A stretch of DNA of 64,000 nucleotides from Candidatus Bathyarchaeota archaeon. Its GTDB lineage: Archaea > Thermoproteota > Bathyarchaeia > Bathyarchaeales > Bathycorpusculaceae. The notes under the pieces were generated by a model. The model ran no database searches. It saw nothing but the letters and a program-made list of their open reading frames with translations, and was not told the DNA's origin. A program made the position numbers and the translations under genes. Each line of letters opens with the position of its first letter. Within the stretch, counting starts at the first letter, position 1. Location of the stretch: NCBI GenBank assembly GCA_963715865.1, contig OY970280.1, forward strand, positions 928,001 through 992,000, in the 5' to 3' direction. This document shows, piece after piece, positions 27,410 to 36,350 of the stretch.

Positions 27410-28546
27410 TTGCGTGATAAGGGGTTAAGCAGAAAAGCGGTGCTGGCGGAGCTCAAAAGAACCAGTGAAAAAGACAGGCGGTATGATGACGGAAAAATTT
27501 TGTGTTCAATGTGCACAAAACCCCATCCCTTAGCAGAAAAGGCTTATCGACTGTTTTTAAGCTCCAATCTGGGTGACCCAGGACTCTTTCCCGGAAGCGC
27601 TCAACTTGAAAAAGAAGTCATAAACGAACTGGCAACGCTTCTTCATGGTGAAAACTGCGTTGGCTTCCTTGTTTCAGGTGGAACAGAAGCGAACTTGATG
27701 GCGCTTTTAGCTGCACGAAACATGGTACGTGTCAGTCAACCGGAAGTGGTTTTGCCAGAATCAGCTCATTTTTCTTTCACTAAAATTTGTAACCTGTTGA
27801 ATCTAGAGCCAGTTTACGCAGGTTTAGATAGCTCTTTTAGAGTTAGCTCTTCGTCGGTTGAAAAATGCGTCAGCAAGAACACAGTCGCCATAGTCGGCAC
27901 GGCTGGAACAGCTGAATTAGGCGTTATTGACCCCATCGACGAGCTATCTCGCATCGCTTCTGAGCATAATGTTTGGTTGCATGTTGACGCAGCCTTCGGC
28001 GGCTTAGTAATCCCATTTCTAACCAACACTAAGTACAATTTTGATTTCAATTTAGAAGCTGTGAAGTCCGTCACCGTTGACCCGCACAAGATGGGTATGG
28101 CGGCAATCCCTGCAGGAGGAATCATCTTTCGAGACAGCAAAACCTTGGATTTTATTAAAACTGAAACGCCTTACTTAACTGACGAGTTCCAGTACACCTT
28201 TGTTGGAACAAGAACAGGTGCATCCGCAGCCTCAGCATGGGCAGTTTTTAAATCTCTCGGCATGGAAGGATTCACTAAAATAGTTGGCAACTGCGTGAAA
28301 ATTACTCGACTTTTGACTGTTGGGCTCAGAAATGCTGGGTTTAAACTTGTCGTGGAGCCAACTTTGAATATAGTAGCTTTTCGCAGTAGGCAGAGCACCA
28401 AGCATCTGGCAGAAAAACTTTGGGAACGTGGCTGGTTTGTCTCTTATGTTCCACGCTATGACTGCATTAGAATTGTTGTAATGCCTCACGTGAAGAAGCA
28501 GCATGCTTTGGCATTTCTGAAAGATTTAATTGAAATCGATTCTTGA
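27410..28546 (+). CDS. mfnA: L-tyrosine decarboxylase (PLP-dependent)
   Basis: ILCSMCT.PHP, SNLGDPGLFPG, SGGTEAN, LHVDAAFGG, VDPHKMG. Confidence 0.92.
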   Translation: MRDKGLSRKAVLAELKRTSEKDRRYDDGKILCSMCTKPHPLAEKAYRLFLSSNLGDPGLFPGSAQLEKEVINELATLLHGENCVGFLVSGGTEANLMALLAARNMVRVSQPEVVLPESAHFSFTKICNLLNLEPVYAGLDSSFRVSSSSVEKCVSKNTVAIVGTAGTAELGVIDPIDELSRIASEHNVWLHVDAAFGGLVIPFLTNTKYNFDFNLEAVKSVTVDPHKMGMAAIPAGGIIFRDSKTLDFIKTETPYLTDEFQYTFVGTRTGASAASAWAVFKSLGMEGFTKIVGNCVKITRLLTVGLRNAGFKLVVEPTLNIVAFRSRQSTKHLAEKLWERGWFVSYVPRYDCIRIVVMPHVKKQHALAFLKDLIEIDS

Positions 28547-29793
28547 AGGCGCACCATTTGAAGGTTATTGTTTACGAGCACATTTCAGGCGGTGGATACG
28601 CAGGGCAGCCTATTCCACCTAGCGTTTTATCTGAAGGGTTTGGAATGTTGCGCTCCCTTGTTTCTAATTTTAAAGCTGCAGGACACGAGGTAACAGTTTT
28701 ACTTGATGCGAGGATTTCAAAACTGAATCCGCCCATAGCTGTCGACTGCATAGTCCCCGTTTTTTATCCTCAAGAACCCAAAAAATTCCTCGTTAATGTA
28801 GCTAAAATTAATGATGCGGCTTACGTTGTTGCCCCTGAAACAGGACAAACCCTGCAGTCACTTGTGGAACTTGTAGAGCAGACGGGTAAGGTTTCGCTTA
28901 ACTGTGAATCCAGCGCTATTCAAATGGTTGCAGATAAAGCGGTTCTCTGCGAGATTTTGAAAAAAAATGGTCTGCCCACGCCTAAAACATTGGTACTCAA
29001 TGTTGCTGATGGTTTAGCGGAAGTTAAGCGAGCTATCAAAAGCAAGTTAAGTTATCCTGTAGTGTTCAAGCCTATGGATGGTGTCAGCTGCGGCGGCTTA
29101 AGCGTCGTTAAAGAAGAAGATGCCCAAGTGGAGAAAGCCATTGCAAAAATAAAAGCTGAATCGGCAGGGAAGCGTTTTATTATTCAAGAATTTGTTGAAG
29201 GCGAAGCTGCAAGCGTCAGCTTACTTTCCGCAAGAGGCAAAGCGTTGGCAATTAGCTTAAACAAGCAAAGCGTCAAGGTTGCTACGCCAGGGGCAGTTTC
29301 AAGTTATGAAGGCGGTGCTGTTCCCTTTAACCATCCGCTTAAGCAAGAAGCTTTTGCTGTGGCAAAGAAGGTTGTTGAGTCCTATCCTGGCTTAAGAGGA
29401 TATGTGGGGGTTGACTTGGTTTTGGCACAGGATAAACCGTTTGTGGTAGATGTTAATCCACGGTTAACGACGTCTTACGTTGGCTTATCTAGAGTTGCCG
29501 ATTTTAACGTTGCTCAGGCATTAGTTAACGCTGTTTTGAAAAGTGAGCTTCCAGCTAAACACGAAAGCCACGGTTTCGCTTGTTTCTCAAAAATAGAAAC
29601 GCCCAAGCCAACAATTAGCGCTTTCCAAAAAGCGGCTCAAATAAGCGAAGTTGTTTCGCCTCCTTTTCCATTAAACGATAACACCAAAGCATGCTCACTA
29701 ATCGCTGGTCATGGTGACTCCTTGGAGAATGCAAGGTTACGGTTAGAAGAAGCTAAAAAGCGCACACTCAACATTATCAGCAGAGGAAAATAG
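28543..29793 (+). CDS. mfnD: ATP-grasp tyramine-L-glutamate ligase
   Basis: SEGFGMLRSL, VVAPET, VVFKPMDGVSCGG, GYVGVDL, DVNPRLTTSYVGL; context. Confidence 0.8.
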   Translation: MKAHHLKVIVYEHISGGGYAGQPIPPSVLSEGFGMLRSLVSNFKAAGHEVTVLLDARISKLNPPIAVDCIVPVFYPQEPKKFLVNVAKINDAAYVVAPETGQTLQSLVELVEQTGKVSLNCESSAIQMVADKAVLCEILKKNGLPTPKTLVLNVADGLAEVKRAIKSKLSYPVVFKPMDGVSCGGLSVVKEEDAQVEKAIAKIKAESAGKRFIIQEFVEGEAASVSLLSARGKALAISLNKQSVKVATPGAVSSYEGGAVPFNHPLKQEAFAVAKKVVESYPGLRGYVGVDLVLAQDKPFVVDVNPRLTTSYVGLSRVADFNVAQALVNAVLKSELPAKHESHGFACFSKIETPKPTISAFQKAAQISEVVSPPFPLNDNTKACSLIAGHGDSLENARLRLEEAKKRTLNIISRGK

Positions 29794-29794
29794 C

Positions 29795-30868
29795 TTGGTA
29801 GACGTGTTAGGCTACGATATTGGAGGCGCCAACACTAAAGCCGCCTTCATAAGCACACAAAACGGAAAGCTTCAAGATGCCCGCGTGGCAGTGGAGTACT
29901 TCCCAGTTTGGAAAGAGCCGGAAAAACTCACTATTGTCCTTTTAACGCTTAAAGAGCGGTTAGGCGCTAACAGGCTTGACGGTTTAGGAGTAACCATGAC
30001 CGCTGAATTATCTGATGCTTACACAACTAAGCGTGAAGGCGTCCACCATATTTTAGCATGCGTTAGAAAAGCTTTCTCTGATGCGCCTATTTACGTTTTG
30101 AACACTGAAGCAAAATTAGATCCCCTCGACGCCGCCGAACAGGAGCCGCTTGGCGTTGCCGCTGCTAATTGGGTTGCAACAGGCTGGTTGGTAGCCCAGC
30201 GAGTTAAAGATTGCGTGGTGGTTGATGTTGGAAGTACAAGCGCCAGCATCATTCCCATAGTGGACGGGCAGGTTGCAGCTAAAGGTAAAACGGATTTGGA
30301 TAAGCTCATGTGCGGAGAGCTTGTATACAATGGAAGTTTAAGAACGAATGTTGCTGCAATTGTGCATTCTGTTCCAGTTAAGAACGGGGTTGCCGTTGTC
30401 GCTTCGGAACTGTTCGCGTTATCTGGCGATGTTCACCTAGCATTAGGCAACATCACTGAGAGGGACTATACTTGTGAAACAGCTGATGGTCGAGGAAAAA
30501 CTTTGCCTGAAGCTTTAGCGCGGTTAGCTAGAGTAGTCTGCGCTGACACAGAAATGTTGACTCAACAAGAAATCGTTAACATATCGAAGTACATTTATGA
30601 TAAACAAGTCATGCAGGTCGCCGAAGGCTTAACCAAAGTCTACTCCTATACAAAAGCGCTGACTTCCAGTAAGGTTCCAGTGGTGGTTACGGGTCTAGGC
30701 AAAGATTTCATCGCAAGGAAAGCCGCTGAGAAAATTAGCGTTGACGCCATAGTTGATTTGGGAGCGTTAATGCAAAACGATGCTGCCGTGGCTACTCCTG
30801 CATTTGGCGTTGCCTTGATGGTTGCAAGCAAACTTGAAGGAGAAATCGTCAAATGGATGCCACAATAG
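29795..30868 (+). CDS. mfnF: Methanofuran biosynthesis protein, hydantoinase/oxoprolinase-like
   Basis: GYDIGGANTK, GVTMTAELSDAY, AANWVATG, DVGSTS..IIP, LRTNVAAI. Confidence 0.85.
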   Translation: MVDVLGYDIGGANTKAAFISTQNGKLQDARVAVEYFPVWKEPEKLTIVLLTLKERLGANRLDGLGVTMTAELSDAYTTKREGVHHILACVRKAFSDAPIYVLNTEAKLDPLDAAEQEPLGVAAANWVATGWLVAQRVKDCVVVDVGSTSASIIPIVDGQVAAKGKTDLDKLMCGELVYNGSLRTNVAAIVHSVPVKNGVAVVASELFALSGDVHLALGNITERDYTCETADGRGKTLPEALARLARVVCADTEMLTQQEIVNISKYIYDKQVMQVAEGLTKVYSYTKALTSSKVPVVVTGLGKDFIARKAAEKISVDAIVDLGALMQNDAAVATPAFGVALMVASKLEGEIVKWMPQ

Positions 30869-31521
30869 TGAAAGTTGGCGGCAGCTTAGCGTTATACCCT
30901 GAGAAGCTAAGAGCCTTATGCGCAAAATTAAGCGAAATCTCCACGAAGCATAAGCTAATAGTGGTGCCGGGAGGCGGCGAATTCGCTGATGTTGTAAGGG
31001 ACTTAGATAAACGGTTTAAATTATCCCGTGAGGCTTCGCATTGGATGGCAATTTTAGGCATGGACCAATATGGTTTCTTGTTGTCTAATTTGATGCCGTG
31101 CTCTTGCGCCGTAAATCAGCTTGAAAATGCTCAAAAAGTTTTGGATTCGGGGAAATTGCCAGTTTTTTTGCCTTCTAATTTGTTGCTTAGCAAGGACCCA
31201 TTGGAGAACTCGTGGGATGTAACTTCAGATTCCATCGCCGTTTACATTGCAGGTCAACTGAACACAAGCAAAGCTTTGTTGGTGACTGACGTTGATGGGA
31301 TTTATACATGTGACCCTAAAAAGCATTCAGATGCTAAATTGATTAAGAGGTTATCAGCTAAAGAGCTTCTAATGATTAATAAGCGAACAAGTGTTGACAA
31401 GTTTTTGCCTAAATTGCTCGTGCAGTTGCAGATTAAATGTTTTGTTGTTAATGGGCTGTATCCTGAGAGGGTTGAGGCTGTTTTAGATGGACGAGATGCT
31501 GTTTGCACATTAATTAATTAG
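30853..31521 (+). CDS. mfnE: Amino-acid-kinase-family protein (furan phosphate kinase)
   Basis: IVKVGGSL, VVPGGGEFAD, SWDVTSDSIA, LVTDVDGI; context. Confidence 0.8.
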   Translation: MDATIVKVGGSLALYPEKLRALCAKLSEISTKHKLIVVPGGGEFADVVRDLDKRFKLSREASHWMAILGMDQYGFLLSNLMPCSCAVNQLENAQKVLDSGKLPVFLPSNLLLSKDPLENSWDVTSDSIAVYIAGQLNTSKALLVTDVDGIYTCDPKKHSDAKLIKRLSAKELLMINKRTSVDKFLPKLLVQLQIKCFVVNGLYPERVEAVLDGRDAVCTLIN

Positions 31522-31542
31522 CAAGTCCTGTGGATGCTTTTT

Positions 31543-31821
31543 TTATTTAGATCGCATTATCACTTGAGTTTCATAAGCAGGCATCATAGACTGGCGCTTA
31601 CTTTTTGTTCCAACGATTTTTTGCAGTTCCAACCATTTTTCCAAAAAGATTAATCCTTTTCCTGTTATTTTTAATTTCTTTTGACCACAATTCTCGTCCA
31701 CAAGCTCTAACCATTCGCGCAGAAGCAGTTGCATAATGCAATTTTGAAGCACAGCATAGGAAATATTTGTTTGGCGTCTGATGTAGGTTTTAGTTTGAGG
31801 GCTTCTGCATGAACTAAGCAT
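31543..31821 (-). CDS. Winged-helix protein; start uncertain
   Basis: The frame extends upstream as KKRDRIQIVAEMLSSC; KT.I...NISY...L...ITGKGLIFL. Confidence 0.7.
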   Translation of the reverse strand: MLSSCRSPQTKTYIRRQTNISYAVLQNCIMQLLLREWLELVDENCGQKKLKITGKGLIFLEKWLELQKIVGTKSKRQSMMPAYETQVIMRSK

Positions 31822-31989
31822 CTCCGCGACGATTTGAATGCGGTCTCTCTTCTTGTTAAAAGCCGTTCCTTCCTTCCTCTAAGGGATTGGCAGTTAGTCA
31901 GGCAATTAAACGTTTGTTGTAGCGGTTTAGCAGTCACAAATAAGACTGGTAAAAAGAAAATTAGAAAAAGGAAAATTGGAAGCTTGCGT

Positions 31990-32154
31990 TTAGATTTTTT
32001 TCTTGTCTAAGACTTCTCGGAAAGTCTTGTCGCAGCATTCGTAAAGCGCTATGGTAAGTTGTGTTCTTTTTCCTTTTTTATCTGGTTTGCCAGCCATCTT
32101 CCAAGTTTTCTTTGCGGTTTTGACTTCTTTTCCACAAACTGGGCATTTTGCCAT
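31990..32154 (-). CDS. cren7: Cren7-like chromatin protein with Cys motifs
   Basis: MAKCPVCGKEVKTAKKTWKMAGKPDKKGKRTQLTIALYECCDKTFREVL; resembles the Cren7 W..A...G....IGLF....K.FR pattern. Confidence 0.7.
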   Translation of the reverse strand: MAKCPVCGKEVKTAKKTWKMAGKPDKKGKRTQLTIALYECCDKTFREVLDKKKI

Positions 32155-32450
32155 GATTAATCCCTGTGGTTCAATGTTATCGTATGAATCAACATAAAAC
32201 ATTTTCTATCCATTGCCTGTAAAATAGCTAAAAAGGGCTCTTTTAATGGAAAAATTATTGAAAAAACATCATTTTTGCAATTTACAAGTAAGCCCTAAGA
32301 AGCTATATTGCGGTGGGCTAACTTGTAAGCGTTAAGTTATTAGCATTATTTTAGCGCAAATAAGATTTTTAGTGCCGAGGACTTGCTTGAAGAAGCGAAA
32401 TCTTGTGGAAGAATTATTAGCATAGGCTGTAATTCTATTTTGAAAGAAAA

Positions 32451-33044
32451 ATGTCGATAGTTGGTTTAGATTTGGCAGGCGTTGAAAGCAGACCCACGGG
32501 TTTCTGCATACTTGCAGATATGAAAGCAGAAACTTCCTTGGTTTACACAGACAAGGAAATGCTGAAAAAAATTAGAGAAAGCAAGCCACGAGTGGTTGCC
32601 ATTGACGCGCCTTTAAGTCTGCCTCCGGGAAGAAATTCCATTGAGGAAAGGACAGCCATCCACCTAAGAGAAAGCGATAGGGAACTCCTGAGAAGAGGCA
32701 TAAAGTTTTTTCCTGTCACGCTTGGTCCTATGAGAAAACTAACCGAGCGAGGCATAAACCTGAGGCGAATCCTTGAAGCCGAAAACTTCATCGCAATAGA
32801 GGTTTATCCTGGAGGCGCCCAAGACGTTCTTGGGATTCCCAGAAAACAGAAAGGACTCGAGAAACTGAAAGCAGGCTTGGAAAATTTGGGCATAAAAGGG
32901 CTGAACAGCCAGATGAGCGACCATGAACTTGACGCGGTCACATGTGCTTACGTTGGAAAACTGTTTTTGGAAGGAAAAGCCGTCACTTACGGAACCCCCA
33001 GTGAGGCGATAGTGATGCCAAAAGGCGAAAAAAATCCAAAATAG
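32451..33044 (+). CDS. DUF429-family predicted nuclease (RNase H-like)
   Basis: IVGLDLAG, VAIDAPLSLP, IEVYPG, HELDAVTCA. Confidence 0.85.
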   Translation: MSIVGLDLAGVESRPTGFCILADMKAETSLVYTDKEMLKKIRESKPRVVAIDAPLSLPPGRNSIEERTAIHLRESDRELLRRGIKFFPVTLGPMRKLTERGINLRRILEAENFIAIEVYPGGAQDVLGIPRKQKGLEKLKAGLENLGIKGLNSQMSDHELDAVTCAYVGKLFLEGKAVTYGTPSEAIVMPKGEKNPK

Positions 33045-33187
33045 CGCCCATAGAAGCCTCAAAATCGCTTTGCTATTGCATATGTTGTTAAGGCAAGAGC
33101 AAAGGAAATTTGTCGCAATAATTCACGTAACATGCTGATTGACCGACCGCTCATAAGCTTGTCTATGGCTTATCCAAAATAATGTTG

Positions 33188-33295
33188 TGGTGCCGAGGGC
33201 AGGGTTTGAACCTGCGACGACTCGGTCTTCAGCTTCGCCCCCAGCTACCGAGAAGTAACTAGGTCGAGCGCTCTCCCAGGCTGAGCTACCTCGGC
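33188..33295 (-). tRNA. tRNA-Phe(GAA) with a 31-nt intron at non-canonical position 30/31 (33234-33264); CCA encoded
   Basis: Acceptor GCCGAGG/CCTCGGC, T-arm GCAGG-TTCAAAC-CCTGC. Removing the intron gives CTCGG-CTGAAGA-CCGAG. A strict BHB motif is present. Confidence 0.92.
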
Positions 33296-33832
33296 ACCGT
33301 GTGCTGGGAGTGACACATCCAAGAATGAAGTGAAATGTTTTAAAGGTTTCTGAATTTGACTTTGTTGGCGTGTTTTTGGATTTGAGAAACCTATCTCCGC
33401 TGTCCACTTGGTCAGCATTTCAATACCGTATAAAGCCACGTGGAAGCCCTCTTTCTCGGCACCGCGTATTCGTGCTCTGAAACCATTAACTGTCAGAAGC
33501 GTTTGCATTTGTTTTGCCAACTCAGCACTACATGTTCTAAGCTCGATTGTTCGGTAAATTGGGCGGGTGTAGGTTTTCTTGCTGAAAACAGTGTTCCATC
33601 AGTGCTCTTGGTTATTAATTAGTGCAGTAAACCCATGAAGTGGGTTAAGAAGTAGCCTATTAAACCGCTGCCTAAAAAGCACACGAACATTAGGAATCCT
33701 TCTTGATCAGGCGTCAATTCGAAATTCAGCTTTTTTCTTAGCCCCATGTCTTGCACCGCTATGCTGTTTGTTTTTGGGAGGGGAAAGGTTTTATGAAGGG
33801 AAAATACGTAGTTTCAATCCACAGCACCCCGC

Positions 33833-33909
33833 GGGCCGTTAGTCTAGCTGGCTAGGACGTCGCCCTCACGCGGCGAAGATCACCGGTTCAAATCCGGTAC
33901 GGCCCACCA
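33833..33909 (+). tRNA. tRNA-Val(CAC), CCA encoded
   Basis: GGGCCGT/ACGGCCC acceptor; TCGCC-CTCACGC-GGCGA anticodon arm; CCGG-TTCAAAT-CCGG. Confidence 0.95.
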
Positions 33910-34263
33910 CTATTTCGCGTTTTTCTCGTTCAATAAAGAGCCCTTACTATGTCTTTTCAAAAGAAAGTTTATAATAAATAAGCTTCCGAAAGATGCCGCG
34001 TAATATAATGCCATCCACTCCGGGTAAATTAGCATCAAAACTGTTAATCCGTAGAATGGGGTGAAGAACAGCATCCACAACAAATTGAATAGACTACCAG
34101 CATAAACAAGCGGGTAAATGAATGGAACCACAAAAATTATGAATGCTGTTACCCCTAATCGGTGCTGCCTATACGATGACTTTAAAACCCAAAAGAGACC
34201 AAAGTACATGATAGAATCTGCTAATGCAAAAAGAAAGTAAGCGATTGACGTACTAACATTCAA
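33910..34263 (-). CDS. Small membrane protein
   Basis: 117 aa hydrophobic ORF converging on tRNA-Val. Confidence 0.55.
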   Translation of the reverse strand: MNVSTSIAYFLFALADSIMYFGLFWVLKSSYRQHRLGVTAFIIFVVPFIYPLVYAGSLFNLLWMLFFTPFYGLTVLMLIYPEWMALYYAASFGSLFIINFLLKRHSKGSLLNEKNAK

Positions 34264-34623
34264 AGCTATTCGCCCCGCTGCCGCTTCTTGGTCGCTGACT
34301 ATCTATGGAACCTATAGCCAACTTATCTTTTTAATTCTGTAGCCTTCTTCTTTAAATCTTTCTTTAAGCTTGTTGTAAATGGGTTTGCCACTAATAAGTA
34401 AGGCGCCAAGTAAACACACAACGCAACAGCACGATAGATAATAAATGAAAGCAGCAATCCATAAGCAATTGGCATATACAAGGTATGGGAAACGTTGGAT
34501 CATCATAATAAAGCTGTGGTTGCAGTTTTCTTTTTCATAAATTTTAGGTTCGTCGATTTATCACCAAAACAGATAAAAACTCGACTTTGCATCCATGAAG
34601 GCTACTAATAAGAGGAAACACGT

Positions 34624-34824
34624 ATGCCGTCTGAAATTACTGATGTTGAAAAGTTCGTGGCTATGAGCGCCAAAGCAAAGCATTGCTCCGTTATAAGACT
34701 CAAGGATACAGTTAAATTGAAGCTTCGCACACCAAGCCAGCTTTATACGCTAAAAATTGAACCCTTACGGGCTGAGGAAATAATAAAGAAGCTGCAATGC
34801 GAAATTCAAGAGAAAGAGAAGTAA
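34624..34824 (+). CDS. rpl38e: 50S ribosomal protein L38e
   Basis: MPSEITDVEKF...VKLKLRTPSQLYTLK. Confidence 0.88.
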   Translation: MPSEITDVEKFVAMSAKAKHCSVIRLKDTVKLKLRTPSQLYTLKIEPLRAEEIIKKLQCEIQEKEK

Positions 34825-35642
34825 TCCTTCTTCTCACCTGCTCTTTTCTGTTTTTATCCATATCGCTTAAAGACTAAACTGAAAGACTTTACGTTACATT
34901 ATTTTTGTATACAAAAGCATCAACGGAACCAACTAAAAACTAACCCGCTTTTTAATTTTGAGCGGTCTTAAACTTGCTTAATTTTTCGAAGTATAACGAA
35001 TCTTAAATATACATGCCCATTTGAATGAAGAAATTAGGAAAAAAATAGCACTCGACGAATCATAAACGCTTTCTAAACAGACAAGAGATGCATAAAAACT
35101 TGAAAAAAACAAAGACTAAGTGGAAATTTGCTCGTTATAAGGCTCGTTTAAGCTCTTTTTACTGTCAGTACGTTTACTCTTGAGCTTACTTTTCCAGCCA
35201 ATTTGCTTTAGGTTTTTCCTATTAGTGCTTTTTTAGTCAGCGAAAAATAGTCGAACGTCCATTTTTTGCATCTAAAAGTTAAAAAAACCGTTAACTCTCG
35301 TGTGAAAATTGCATGAGTTTGTTAAGTTAACCATGCCTTTTTTGTTTTTGAGGGGCTACGGTTTGCGAAGGCTTGTTGTTTGGTTTTTTGCGAACGGAAA
35401 GAAGGATATTTCAGTAAGGTCTGGCATAAGCGTTTTAGCAATGGGTAAAACAGGGGAGCATGACAGTAAGGAGTTGCTGGAGTGGCGTTGTGGAGGTCAA
35501 ATGTCTGAGAGGTTTAAAATAGTGGGTTTGGTTGATGCTTTTGTATACCGTTTTTGGAGGCATGCTGTTGAGTATCTTCTTAAAATCATGCAAGAATTGC
35601 CATTTATTGCTTCCTTTGTGTCAATTTATTTGAGGGCTTGCC

Positions 35643-36350
35643 ATGAGTGTTGAGCGTAATCTGGTAATTTCGCTTTTGAAATTGACAAAAGAGGGGTCTG
35701 TTTTAATTGAAAGTGTTAATAAGGATGCCAGGGTGCCATCAGCCACTACAACGAAATTGCTGAGAAAACTGCAAAACGAGGGTCTCGTTTATTTGAAACA
35801 AGACAGCGTCGAAGTAGACAGCAACGCCAGGCTTAAGCTAGCGGTTAAAGCAGCATCTTTAGGTGCCGATGTGGAGAATGTCAGTAATTTGCTTTGTTGG
35901 CAAGAGTTTGAGGAAATTGCTGCTTTTGCATTGAAAAATAATGGTTATGTGGTGACGAATAACGTTCGCTTTAAACACGCAGGTCGCAAATGGGAAATAG
36001 ATGTGGTCGGTTGCAAGAGACCCTTAGTCATTTGTATCGATTGCAAACATTGGCAGCATGCAATTGCGCCCTCGGTTTTGAAGAGAATCGTTGATTCACA
36101 AGTAGAACGAACAAGAGCATTGGCTGATTCGCTGCCAAACATTTCCCTTAAACTTGAATGCACAAAATGGAGCGATGCAAAGTTTATTCCATCCATACTA
36201 TCACTCACACCTAGCTCATTCAAATTCTACGATAAAGTTCCAGTCGTTCCCATATTTCAACTGCAAGATTTCATAAACCAACTGCCAGCCTGCACTGAAT
36301 CGCTCAAGTTTTTTCCCAAAACTTTCAACTCTTTAAGTCATAATTTTTAA
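35643..36350 (+). CDS. Restriction-endonuclease-fold (Mrr/NERD-like) protein with N-terminal wHTH
   Basis: WQEFEEIAA...GRKWEIDVVG...ICIDCKHW. Confidence 0.75.
   Translation: MSVERNLVISLLKLTKEGSVLIESVNKDARVPSATTTKLLRKLQNEGLVYLKQDSVEVDSNARLKLAVKAASLGADVENVSNLLCWQEFEEIAAFALKNNGYVVTNNVRFKHAGRKWEIDVVGCKRPLVICIDCKHWQHAIAPSVLKRIVDSQVERTRALADSLPNISLKLECTKWSDAKFIPSILSLTPSSFKFYDKVPVVPIFQLQDFINQLPACTESLKFFPKTFNSLSHNF

Noticed and set aside
26666-31521. Methanogenesis
   Set aside because: Methanofuran synthesis also serves non-methanogenic C1 pathways; no mcr or mtr genes in the window.
33123-33622. ORFs overlapping or upstream of tRNA-Phe
   Set aside because: Explained by the tRNA. The TLLTVNGFRARIR...EIGFSNPK stretch may be a LAGLIDADG-like relic, but the support is too weak to call.
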